A stretch of 64,000 bases of DNA from Lingula anatina. Lineage: Eukaryota; Animalia; Brachiopoda. This document shows, piece by piece, positions 42,193-52,755 of this stretch (positions are counted from its first letter, which is position 1; every line of letters starts with the position of its first letter). The notes under the pieces are model-generated. The model was given only the letters and a program-made list of their open reading frames with translations. It was not told the DNA's origin and ran no database searches. The stretch covers positions 24,180,001 to 24,244,000 of the forward strand of contig CM120646.1 in assembly GCA_051362555.1 (NCBI GenBank), given 5' to 3'. The position numbers and the translations under genes were made by a program.

Positions 42193-42379
42193 CTGTGATT
42201 GCAAACAGTAAATATCTTTTGCATCAAAACCTTTGTCTTCTACTCACACAAAAAGTGGGTTAAAATTCTTGAAAAATGACAGTTTCTACCATTTAACTCT
42301 TATATTACAGTAGACTCTCTTTTTACTTTCTACTTATAAATAAAATTATTTTGTATAATTTCTGTTGTATTTTAAAATC

Positions 42380-42447
42380 CTTCTGTGTTTGAATTATTTT
42401 CTTGCCTTCATACAAAGATACCCAGTATTTATTGTTATATATAGTTC
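42380..42447 (-). pseudogene. decayed IQ cassette pseudo-exon
   Basis: cag|GAACTA...GGGTATCTTTGTATGAAGGCAAGAAAATAATTCAAACACAGAAG|ga; keeps MKARK but has an in-frame TAA, a net deletion (68 nt) and GA instead of the GT donor. Confidence 0.7.
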
Positions 42448-42660
42448 CTGCATCTGACTATTTTATAGTGAGTGATGGAAAGTAAATGTAATCTCATTCA
42501 TTATAAAGGATATTGGTGAAAATAAATGACAGAACCTATCAGTGAAGAAATCTAAAAAGATAAGTATTTGTATCTCTTACTTTTCAGAATTTAATACAAC
42601 CTTTCATAATGTGCACAAGAAGACTGTTACAAATAAACTCAAATTCATTTTTTTTCTAAC

Positions 42661-42741
42661 CTTTTTATGCTTAACTTCTTTTCTGGCATGCATTCCACGG
42701 AATGCTGCTTCAATTTTAATGGCAGCTTCTGTTTCTACTTC
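42661..42741 (-). CDS. SPA17: IQ(IE) cassette exon 7: EVETEAAIKIEAAFRGMHARKEVKHKK
   Basis: tag|GAA...AAG|gttaga; 81 nt, phase 0-0. Confidence 0.87.
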
Positions 42742-42914
42742 CTATGATGACAAACAAGATATTAGAGACTGACTACACAGAATCATTCAAGTAGTTTATC
42801 AGTAAACCAAAATATCATTCTTTGCATCAATACTTTTTTTTTCTTTAAAATCTCAATCTTAATCCTATCTCATTTATTTCAAACATGCCCCAAGTATTAG
42901 ACAGTTTCTCAAAC

Positions 42915-42995
42915 CTTCTTTAGTTTAACTTCTTTTCTGGCATGCATTCCACGGAATGCTGCTTCAATTTTAGTGGCAGCTTCTGTTTCTACTTC
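42915..42995 (-). CDS. SPA17: IQ(IE) cassette exon 6: EVETEAATKIEAAFRGMHARKEVKLKK
   Basis: tag|GAA...AAG|gtttga; 81 nt, phase 0-0. Confidence 0.87.
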
Positions 42996-43181
42996 CTAGA
43001 ATAACAGACTTATGCAATGAGAGACAGAATAGTTAGAATCATTCAGGAAATTTATAACTTATCCAAAATATCCTTTTTTTGCATCAATATATAATTCTTT
43101 CATAAATGCTTTTTTCTTTAAGACCTAAATCCTATTTCTTTTATTTCAAACATGCCTCATGTATAAGACAGTTTCTCAAAC

Positions 43182-43262
43182 CTTCTTTAGTTTAACTTCT
43201 TTTCTGGCATGCATTCCACGGAATGCTGCTTCAATTTTAATGGCAGCTTCTGTTTCTACTTC
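43182..43262 (-). CDS. SPA17: IQ(IE) cassette exon 5: EVETEAAIKIEAAFRGMHARKEVKLKK
   Basis: tag|GAA...AAG|gtttga; 81 nt, phase 0-0. Confidence 0.87.
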
Positions 43263-43435
43263 CTATGATGACAAACAAGATATTAGATACTGACTACACA
43301 GAATCATTCAAGTAGTTTATCAGTAAACCAAAATATCATTCTTTGCATCAATACTTTTTTTTTCTTTAAAATCTCAATCTTAATCCTATCTCATTTATTT
43401 CAAACATGCCCCAAGTATTAGACAGTTTCTCAAAC

Positions 43436-43516
43436 CTTCTTTAGTTTAACTTCTTTTCTGGCATGCATTCCACGGAATGCTGCTTCAATTTTAGTGGCAG
43501 CTTCTGTTTCTACTTC
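43436..43516 (-). CDS. SPA17: IQ(IE) cassette exon 4: EVETEAATKIEAAFRGMHARKEVKLKK
   Basis: tag|GAA...AAG|gtttga; 81 nt, phase 0-0; same sequence as 42915-42995. Confidence 0.87.
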
Positions 43517-43704
43517 CTAGAATAACAGACTTATGCAATGAGAGACAGAATAGTTAGAATCATTCAGGAAATTTATCACTTAACCAAAATATCCTTTTTT
43601 TTTGCATCAATATATAATTTTTTTGTAAATGCTTTTTTCTTTAAGAGCTAAATCCTATATCATCAATTTCAAATGTAGCAGAAGTTTTAGAGAGCTTCTC
43701 AAAC

Positions 43705-43785
43705 CTTCTTATGTTTGACTTCTTTTCTGGCTTTCATACCACGAAAACCTGCCTCAATTTTTGTTGCAGCTTCTGTTTTAACAGC
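43705..43785 (-). CDS. SPA17: IQ(IE) cassette exon 3: AVKTEAATKIEAGFRGMKARKEVKHKK
   Basis: cag|GCT...AAG|gtttga; 81 nt, phase 0-0. Confidence 0.87.
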
Positions 43786-45049
43786 CTGGGATAATAAAAG
43801 GTGTTTCATATATTTATCAAGTTCATGCTAGTTAAATCAGTGGAATTTAGATTTGATTGCCATAATAAGGCAAAGGAAAATAGATTTAAAGACTACCATG
43901 TAAAAAATAATATATTAAAGTATTTTTTACTTGCTACTATATAAGTTAATCTTCTTAATAAAAATACAAATTGAAAGTAAATCTTGAATAATGAGTGATG
44001 GAATATTTTGTGGATGTTTTCATTACAAGTAACTGTTACATTGACAAGGTGCATATACCTGTTCATTTAACATGCAGTTGCATCTCATAACATTTAAAAT
44101 ACCAAGTCACACTGACTGAAAATACATTGTAGTTAATTAATTACCAGTATCAGAATTAATCTTGTTATATTGTCATACCAAGATGACCTTTCAGCAAGTC
44201 TTTATCAATAACATAACTTGTTTTATTGGCTCTTTATTATTTTTCTATGTATCAAAATGATCCATATAAAATCTCAATGTCATTTGCAAACCATCCGCAT
44301 GCTTACACTGTGATGTCATTCTAAAACTTATCATTTCAAATTTAGGCATACTTCAATTAAACTCACAACCAAGCCATAAACAAATCTTAATACCATGCTC
44401 AAGACATGGAAAATTCATCCACCAAAGGCCATTCAGTTTAAAGCTTTTTCCACTCATTATGTTCCAATATACACCTAAAGCAATAGGGATTTTGGTGAAA
44501 GGTACCAAAACAAAACATATTGACAACGAACTGTAATGCATTAAGTTCATGATCTCAAACAAAACTGACTGCTTTTGATTTACAGAATAAATGGCATGCA
44601 AACTGTATTCCATAAATAATATTCCAGGAAAAAAAAGATGTAATATTTTTCTAAAATTGAGCTAAAAAATGCATTATCCTCTCTTAATTTTCTCAAAAAT
44701 CTGTGTCAGATATTTCATGGTATTTATGAGAAAATTGGAAAAATTTCAGATAAATTAACTTTGTTTCTTTGCTTTGTGTTTCACCACCAAAACCCTTTTA
44801 AGCATAATATCTTTTGCATACATGCATATGTAAGATGGTTGTTCAACCATGTTTTCCAAAGTTCTAGTTCAAATAACTGCAAAGACAAAGAGAAAATTAT
44901 ATCAAAATGCAAAACAACATTCTAAAACACCTAAAGGCATAAGTAGTTGAAATATTGCAGACTTTTTTCTATCCAAAACCCTTCATATTTCAACATGCCA
45001 ATCAATGGATATGTGCCACTGAAAAAGCCTCATTACTGTAACATCTGAC

Positions 45050-45127
45050 CTTCAAGACCTTGACTCGTCTTCGTGTTTTCATACCCCTAAAACCTGCCTG
45101 AATCTTGACTGCTGCAGACCTACGAAC
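45050..45127 (-). CDS. SPA17: IQ cassette exon 2: VRRSAAVKIQAGFRGMKTRRRVKVLK
   Basis: tag|GTT...AAG|gtcaga; 78 nt, phase 0-0. Confidence 0.85.
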
Positions 45128-45381
45128 CTATGGTGACAGAAGCAAATAGTATACAGAATAGCTTAAAGCCTAAAAGAGAAAAACAAAAGAATAAAAAAGA
45201 AAAAAAATAGTACAAGACATCAAGAGACAGCTAGCTAGTACATCTGTAAAATGCAACTTTTAAGGGAATCAAAAAAGTTTCAAGGTTGAAAATAGCCAAA
45301 AAAAAAAGAAAAAAAAAAGTAATGATATATCTTTCATATTAAGTCTAAACAGTGAACTCATGCAAATTGTATCTCCCAAAC

Positions 45382-45459
45382 CTTGAGAGCTTGGACTTTA
45401 TGGCGGGCCCTCATGCCCCGAAAGCCTGCTTGGATTTTAACTGCTGCTGCAGTCTGAGC
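45382..45459 (-). CDS. SPA17: IQ cassette exon 1: AQTAAAVKIQAGFRGMRARHKVQALK
   Basis: cag|GCT...AAG|gtttgg; 78 nt, phase 0-0. Confidence 0.87.
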
Positions 45460-45779
45460 CTGACAAATACAATAGCACGTAAGGTCACAGTGACTGTTAC
45501 TGCTGCAGTCTGAGCCTGACAAATACAACAGCACATAAGGTCACAGTGACTGTTACTGCTGCAGTCTGAGCCTGACAAATACAACAGCACATAAGGTCAC
45601 AGTGACTGTTACTGCTGCAGTCTGAGCCTGACAAATACAACAGCACATAAGGTCACAGTGACTGTTACTGCTGCAGTCTGAGCCTGACAAATACAACAGC
45701 ACATAAGGTCACAGTTACTGTTACTGCTGCAGTCTGAGCCTGACAAATACAATAACACGTAAGGTCACAGTGACTGTTA
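45444..45779. repeat. 56-bp tandem repeat (6 copies) containing a splice acceptor and exon start
   Basis: ACTGCTGCAGTCTGAGCCTGACAAATACAACAGCACATAAGGTCACAGTGACTGTT; the first copy overlaps exon 45382-45459. Confidence 0.95.
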
Positions 45780-46315
45780 ATGTTGATGCAAAACTAAAAT
45801 CTGCATTTTTAATATCACAGAGAATTGGTATAATGATGTAAATCCACAAGTCATGGTGTTCTATATTCTTTGATAATTGATTTGAATTAATCAACTAGGA
45901 TTCTATGTATATACCACCAACAGAAACTCATCACTAAGTTCTTTTTGATTGTACACTTGATTTGTTCATTTTATAAAAAGTCAGAGACAACCTGTTCACT
46001 GTTGTGAGTGAAATTGGTACCTATCAATGAATATCATTGAAAATTTAATTTCCTTCAATTCATTGACATTTTAGACAAATGTACTGTACACAGATTTTTC
46101 ACATTACTTATGACAAGTAAAATCAGTTAAAATTGAAACTGATCTGCCCATGCATATCAACATCCATAAATGCCTTCACTGAAATGTAAATAATGCAGGA
46201 AACTAAACTTACATCTGAAATATTCAAGAAGTGAGCAAATAGTTGTCAACTCCCAAAACCTAGTACCAATGTGTTAGTAGTGGCTCATTCAAAATTATTG
46301 CATCCATGTATCTAA

Positions 46316-46623
46316 GACCGCATTCACAACGAGTTGAGCCATGGCTCTACAAATCCACGAACTAAATATGGCGGACGTACATGAAAGAAAAAATGCCTAA
46401 TCTTTTAATAGTCTCTCCGCCTCTCACGCGCCTCCCCATGTGTCGTCCCTGCGGGGGTACAGTCATTAAATCTCTGCTCCATTGGGATGACACATGGGGA
46501 GGCGTGTGAGAGGCAGAGAGACTATGAAAAGATTAGGCGGTTTTTCTTTCATGTACGTCCGCCATATTTAGATCGTGGATTTGTAGAACCATGGCTTAAC
46601 TCGTTGTACATGTAAATGCAGTC
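46316..46623. mobile_element. foldback MITE, PIF/Harbinger(Tourist)-like, TAA target-site duplication
   Basis: ~135-bp inverted arms (GACCGCATTCACAACGAGTT... / ...AACTCGTTGT...AATGCAGTC) flanked by TAA at 46313-15 and 46624-26; CpG-rich inside CpG-poor intron. Superfamily inferred from the 3-bp TWA TSD. Confidence 0.88.
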
Positions 46624-46750
46624 TAACTGTTAGTGAAAAAAATGGGTTGGCATAAGGGCACAGGAAGGACATCAAGACAGAAGATAATCCCACTTCAAAA
46701 TCACATATCTCCAGTCAAGACAGAAGACATCCCACTTCAAAATCACAAAC

Positions 46751-46927
46751 CTTAACAGCCTTCACATTTTTGCGTGCTTTCATGCCCTTAAAGCCAGCCT
46801 GGATTTTAGTTGCCGCTTTCTCTACTTCTGGGTCATTAAGATCTATATCTATCTCCTCCTCTTCCTCCTCTACAGTGGCAGAAGCAGGCTCCTGTGAGGG
46901 TGCCATGTTAGCGTCATCATGTGCTGA
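46751..46927 (-). CDS. SPA17: SPA17-like exon (acidic DIDLNDPEV + complete IQ)
   Basis: ccag|TCAGCA...AAG|gtttgt; SAHDDANMAPSQEPASATVEEEEEEIDIDLNDPEVEKAATKIQAGFKGMKARKNVKAVK; 177 nt, phase 0-0. Confidence 0.9.
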
Positions 46928-48091
46928 CTGGTTGGAAAAAGCAGAAGCAAAACAATACTAAACAATGCAAAGCTATTGGTTAATATAATAATAGTGCACT
47001 ATCATCTGGATGGTGACATGCTTACAGTGAAAACTTGGAGATGATTAACTAAATATATGCAATAATATTATGCAAACAACAACAAAATTTCAAGTCATGT
47101 TAATGTGCAATTTGTGCAAAATAAAAAAAAAACAGCATACATTTTCATGATTTAGACAAAGCCATGCAAAAACAATCAAACAAATGATTAAAATTTTGCA
47201 GTAGCTCACAATGTATTTATATACAAATCAAGCATTTAACATAAGAACACGTGTCTGCTTAATTGCATTCCACTTACACTAAAAATGTAAACATTTTACA
47301 AAAACAAAGTTTATATAACAATAATAATAACAGAACAAACTTTGAAAACAAGAAATTTCTTAGCTTAGTTGAATTGTGGATGCTGACAAACTCAGAATAA
47401 GTGACAATGGGTAAACCAGTGAACTGATATCATTACAACAATCAATTGTTAAAGCGGTAAATAGATTGACAGAAAAATTGCAAAGTACCAAAACTTAAAA
47501 GAATGAAAATAAAATTTGTGGAAAAAATATTAAAAGTCTATATAATAGTGAAGAAAAACAGAATGAAAAAAACATTCACAGAACAAGAACAGACTTAAAC
47601 ACACCAAAAATAACATATAAGGGGAACCAGGATAGAAAACTAGAGACATAGGGCCATCTACAGGAACAAGTCAAGAGAGAGAGAGCAGGCAGCCATGGTA
47701 AGAGGGTTGGTGAAGAAATGGTGACACTCATTGTGACAGGTGGTAACAATTAAAACAGATGAGACAAAAGACAGCAGCCACATATAACAGACAGAGCACT
47801 AGAAATTAAACATTCAGTTATATATTTGTAGATCCACATTGTTAACCACAGCCACATGAAATGTATAGAAAGAGCACTAGAAAACAATCACTTAAATATT
47901 TGTAGATCCACATTGTTAACAGCAGCCACATGAAACGTACAGACAGAGCACTAGAAAACACTATTTGCAGATTCACACTGTTAAAAAAGACTATGAAAGT
48001 TTCAGATCATTCACAAGACAGGAGATCTACATAAAGAAAACATAAAGAGTGGGTCTCTGGCTCAGAAGTCAAAAGAGAACTGGTATCTTAC

Positions 48092-48142
48092 TGTTTTCAT
48101 ATCACTGACTTGCTTCCTTGCCTTCATCCCTTTAAACCCTGC
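48092..48142 (-). CDS. SPA17: SPA17-like exon (C-half of IQ): AGFKGMKARKQVSDMKT
   Basis: cag|GCA...ACA|gtaaga; 51 nt; completes the KIQ ending exon 50273-50432. Confidence 0.9.
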
Positions 48143-48239
48143 CTGTAATTAACAGATTAGGGAGTATTATAAGTTAGAATTAACTTTACAAAATAATACA
48201 ATATTCTACGTACTTGTACATGTGGCCACTACTTTCCAA

Positions 48240-49179
48240 CAGTTTGTACATCACTGTGCCACACTGGTGTCAACATCAGTCTGTACAACTACTGTGCCAC
48301 ACTGGTATCAACATCAGTCTGTTCAACTACTGTGCCACACTGGTGTCAACATCAGTCTGTACAACTACTGTGCCACACTGGTGTCAACATCAGTCTGTAC
48401 AACTACTGTGCCACATTGGTGTCAACAACAGTCTGTACGTCACTGTGCCACACTGGTGTCAACATCAGTTTGTACGTCACTGTGCCACACTGGTGTCAAC
48501 ATCAGTCTGTACAACTACTGTGCCACACTGGTGTCAACATCAGTCTGTACGTCACTGCGCCACATTGGTGTCAACATCAGTCTGTACGTCACTGTGCCAC
48601 ACTGGTGTCAACATCAGTCTGTACAACTACTGTGCCACACTGGTGTCAACATCAGTCTGTACAACTACTGCGCCACATTGGTGTCAACATCAGTCTGTAT
48701 GTCACTGCGCCACACTGGTGTCAACATCAGTCTGTACGTCACTGCGCCACATTGGTGTCAACATCAGTCTGTACGTCACTGCGCCACATTGGTGTCAACA
48801 TCAGTCTGTACGTCACTGTGCCACACTGGTGTCAACATCAGTCTGTACAACTACTGTGCCACACTGGTGTCAACATCAGTCTGTACAACTACTGCGCCAC
48901 ATTGGTGTCAACATCAGTCTGTATGTCACTGCGCCACACTGGTGTCAACATCAGTCTGTACGTCACTGCGCCACATTGGTGTCAACATCAGTCTGTACGT
49001 CACAGCAACACACTGGTTTCAACATCAGTCTGTACAACTACTGTGCCACACTGGTGTCAACATCAGTCTGTACAACTACTGTGCCACACTGGTGTCAACA
49101 TCAGTCTGTACAACTACTGTGCCACACTGGTGTCAACATCAGTCTGTACGTCACTGCGCCACATTGGTGTCAACATCAG
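48240..49179. repeat. intronic 40/43-bp minisatellite
   Basis: ACTGTGCCACACTGGTGTCAACATCAGTCTGTAC(AACT/GTC) units; open in all three + frames, so the long ORFs are artefacts. Confidence 0.95.
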
Positions 49180-49480
49180 AGGCACATGTCAAATTAACAA
49201 CAGTGGGAGGTACTGATTGAACTATATCCAAAATATATGGAGCCAATTTGTAATGTTTTCCTGCCATCATATACCAGCATGTACCTGTCTTATTTTGGCT
49301 TTTTAAATAAATTACTTAAAAGTTTTCAACCTTTTTTTCTTTTCTTTTTCTTTCTTTTGATGAACAATAAAATTTAAAAAATTGCTACCCCTGACCTATG
49401 GGTTTATCTTATCTGGTACAGGCATCAATTGTCTTTCGAGGCCAGGGAATCAATGGCACCTTCATGTATTGGAGTAAAGC

Positions 49481-49774
49481 ACTTTAGAAAAACGAAGGGA
49501 AGATCTGTGCAAAACTTTCTTTTACAAAATGACTGAATCCTCTGACAAATTGAATCACATCTTAATTGAGCATCCCAATCGTCTTTTAAGATCTAACAAT
49601 AGATACAAAGTGCCAAAATTTAAGACAGACAGATTCCGATGCTCTTTTATTCCATATGCACTTTTAAATATCCAATAGTATTATGCTGTCTTTTATCCTA
49701 AGTACAATAATTTTAAAGTTCAGTTAGCAGTCTTTTAACTCAGTTTTATTCATGCAAATATTCATTTTATACTC

Positions 49775-49839
<65 letters not shown>

Positions 49840-49941
49840 ATTTTTTTAATTTTTTTTTTTTTAACATTCTGTGGACAACTTCAACCCACTGGGTTGCAAT
49901 CTTAATAAATTATTATTATTATTTATTATTATTATTATTAT
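49481..49941 (+). mobile_element. 5'-truncated non-LTR retrotransposon (LINE) 3' end
   Basis: 49481-49678 translates TLEKRREDLCKTFFYKM...RLLRSNNRYKVPKFKTDRFRCSFIPYALLNIQ*, the typical ORF2 C-terminus (RT.RF..SFIP) of CR1/L2/Rex1-group LINEs; followed by a 3' UTR, AATAAA and a (TAT)n tail. Confidence 0.85.
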
Positions 49942-50272
49942 AAATTATTTCTCTCAGGGACACCACTTTATAAGAAAGCCAAAGATTACAAGATGTGGGA
50001 GTCTCTCTATGCAGTACCTAATACAATAGTCTACATATTCCACAGCTTTATAAGAATTGTGGTTATAAATGAAATATAGTTTGTTTTCACAGAAACAATA
50101 AATGGTAAAAAATTACATTTACTATAAATTTCACCTGAAATACAAGCATTATTGTACTTGGTTTGAGAAATCCTCTTCTTTGAAATTTTCTTTCTTCTGA
50201 TATTGATATGGAAAACATTTTCTACCTCGGAGAGAATAAATTTGACCATTTCTACATCCATCTCTGGCTTAC

Positions 50273-50432
50273 CTGTATTTTTGTTGCAGCTTTTTCCACC
50301 TCTGGGTCAGTGAGGTCAATGTCCACTTCCTCCTCTGCCTGGGGCGTGTCCTCGGCACTTGGGGCAGCACCTGCTTTGTTCTTCTTCCTGGCATCTCTGG
50401 CTTGCTTCTGTTTTTCATATTCTTCTGGGTCT
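50273..50432 (-). CDS. SPA17: SPA17-like exon: DPEEYEKQKQARDARKKNKAGAAPSAEDTPQAEEEVDIDLTDPEVEKAATKIQ
   Basis: ttccag|AGAC...CAG|gtaagc; 160 nt, phase 2->0. Confidence 0.9.
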
Positions 50433-51719
50433 CTGGAAAATTCATAAAGAAGAAAATCTATTACCGACATGTCATTCTTTGCAAGGAAAATAAATCTTGT
50501 AACAATTAAGTACATGCCTATCTCCTTCATAACAATTATTTTGTTGAACTTTGGCAATATCATCCCCCTCTCCCTCTTCTTTATATTGCGATTCCACCTT
50601 CACTTACTAACCTTAACCTGGATATCATGCATCCATCACAAATAATTTAGTTGGAAAAGTAAAGCAGACTATAAAACTATTTAATTATGTGGTGCCTTTA
50701 TTTTTAATTATTAACACTTTGCCAAAATGGTACTAACAACTGGATACTTAGTTTTAAGTCATATAACAGGGAATTTTATAATATGAGAACAGCACTTAAA
50801 ATAGGCATTTAGAACTGTATTTATAACATAATATGTAAACTGTATTTGTAACAGGCAAGTTTACAACAGTTTAACAGCATTTATAACAGGCAATTAAAAT
50901 TATGTTAACAGCATTTATAACAGGCAATTATAATATATTTCAACAACATTTATAACAGGCAATTATATGTTAACAGCAGATGTTAGCTGCATCTACATGT
51001 ATATCAGACAGATCATTCAACTTATAACTGGTATGAAAACTTTGCAGTGTGAAAACAAGGTAAATGTCTGCTGAAATATAAAAAGACTTAATTCCAAATA
51101 TATTATATCAATTATAATAAAAAGCAAAATATATTATATCAATTATGATAAGAAGCAAAATCATAATTAGGCCTCTAAAATAAAAAATAAAAACATTTTT
51201 GCTAAGATCAAGAGAAGGTACTTCATCAACTTTCAATAATATTTAGAATGATTTTTTTTTTCATTTTTTCATGAACACGGACACAACTTTCGTCAACTAC
51301 AAATCCTTTGAGTTTTCTTTATAGAATCATCAATGTTATGCCATAATTGCAGAATGGCCAAATGTGTCGTGTCACACTATGAAAAATACGGAATTATCAA
51401 AGTACTGACAAGCAATTCCACATGATAGGTGACAGCAGCCACAGCCTTTAACACGGATACAGGTCTAAAAACAGTAAGCAGCAGATGATGGAAATGTGTA
51501 TCTTCCTATGATTTAAGGTTTAGAGGGATCTCTATACACCAGCACTGAGGCATCTCACCGTTCCTCTCACAATCATTATCAGTGGTTAGCACATAGTGTT
51601 TTCAAAGTTCTCGATACAATCTGACCCGATGTGACTGAACTGTTCCTGACTTTGTCTACGTTAAAAAAAGTTGCTGTGAGAAAATAAACAGAAATGGAAT
51701 AATAATAAAATCACCTTAC

Positions 51720-51743
51720 CCATCTTGCTGTTCATCCTCTGAG
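51720..51743 (-). CDS. SPA17: 24-nt symmetric (phase 2) microexon, (N)SEDEQQD(G)
   Basis: tag|CTCAGAGGATGAACAGCAAGATGG|gtaagg; preserves frame between the flanking phase-2 junctions. Confidence 0.7.
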
Positions 51744-52194
51744 CTATATAATGTCATGAAGCTAAATTTAACACAACTTCATTTCCTCATAACAAAACAA
51801 CTTCATAAGAAATCATAGTTTGATCTGAGCTTTTTACACACAGACATTCAAACAATTAAGATTCACACTGTTTATGAAGGGATCTAATTATCATTTCAGA
51901 CAGCATAATACAATCCAGGTAATGTCTGTCTTCACAGTGTTTGCTGTTTTTTTCTACATGAATGTTATAACTTATACAGAGATAAATAAACACAACACAA
52001 ATTAAGAGGCTTAATTCAAATTTACAAAAGCTCAAAGAAGATGTTCCAAGTTCCTTTTACAGCACCAAACAGATGTCATTCAGAACAAGTTCACTAACAA
52101 GATCCATGGACTAAATATGGCTGTCTCACTTAAAAGTAATGATGATTAATACCCTGATGTGTGTGTGTGTGTGTGTGTGTTCATGCAAACTTAC

Positions 52195-52373
52195 TTCATC
52201 TTGAGCACTCTCTGTCTGCCCTGGAATCCCCGGTATCCTGACTGGATCATGATGGCTGCCTGGTCTTCCCTCATCTCTTGCACCTCCTGTGTGGCAGCAT
52301 GCTGACGATACTTGGTCTGAATCTTCACCGCAGCTTCTTGCTGCTGGGGGTCGCCACTGTCTATGTCAGGTTT
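52195..52373 (-). CDS. SPA17: SPA17-like exon with two IQ motifs
   Basis: gcag|AAACCT...ATGAA|gtaagt; KPDIDSGDPQQQEAAVKIQTKYRQHAATQEVQEMREDQAAIMIQSGYRGFQGRQRVLKM; 179 nt, phase 0->2. Confidence 0.92.
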
Positions 52374-52755
52374 CTGCAGACATAGAAATTTAGAAGAGTG
52401 AAAACCATAGGCTTATCCATTCAACTCAACCTTTCACTGAAAGTGTTGGAACAGGTATGAATGTTAAAATATAGTAGTAGTAGGGCCTTGCAGATTTTAC
52501 AGTAATTCTGCAGGTCTCAGTGATACTAAGTGAAGAACTGTTTCATGCAGATGTTTTAAGAATATCTGCACTGTCTGTAACACAAGAAGTAAAACAAAGG
52601 CAGTTCCTCCTTTGCCCAACCTCTTTCCAACTATATGCCACTAAATCACTCACAAAGGTGGATCCCCTCATTTCTTCTGATACCTTTTCCTTTTCTTGCA
52701 GACACGGGTGACTATAAACCCCCACATACAGTACATGCATACACATACACATTAC

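Noticed and set aside
48214-49220. Three overlapping ~300-aa Cys/His-rich ORFs
   Set aside because: All three frames are open only because the 40/43-bp satellite lacks stops on that strand; it lies antisense within an intron.
32718-52373. Calling the gene ASPM, myosin or GAP-43
   Set aside because: No CH, ASH or motor domains seen, no GAP-43 N-terminal Cys pair or IQASF serine; the Sp17-specific EDRFYNN motif is present.
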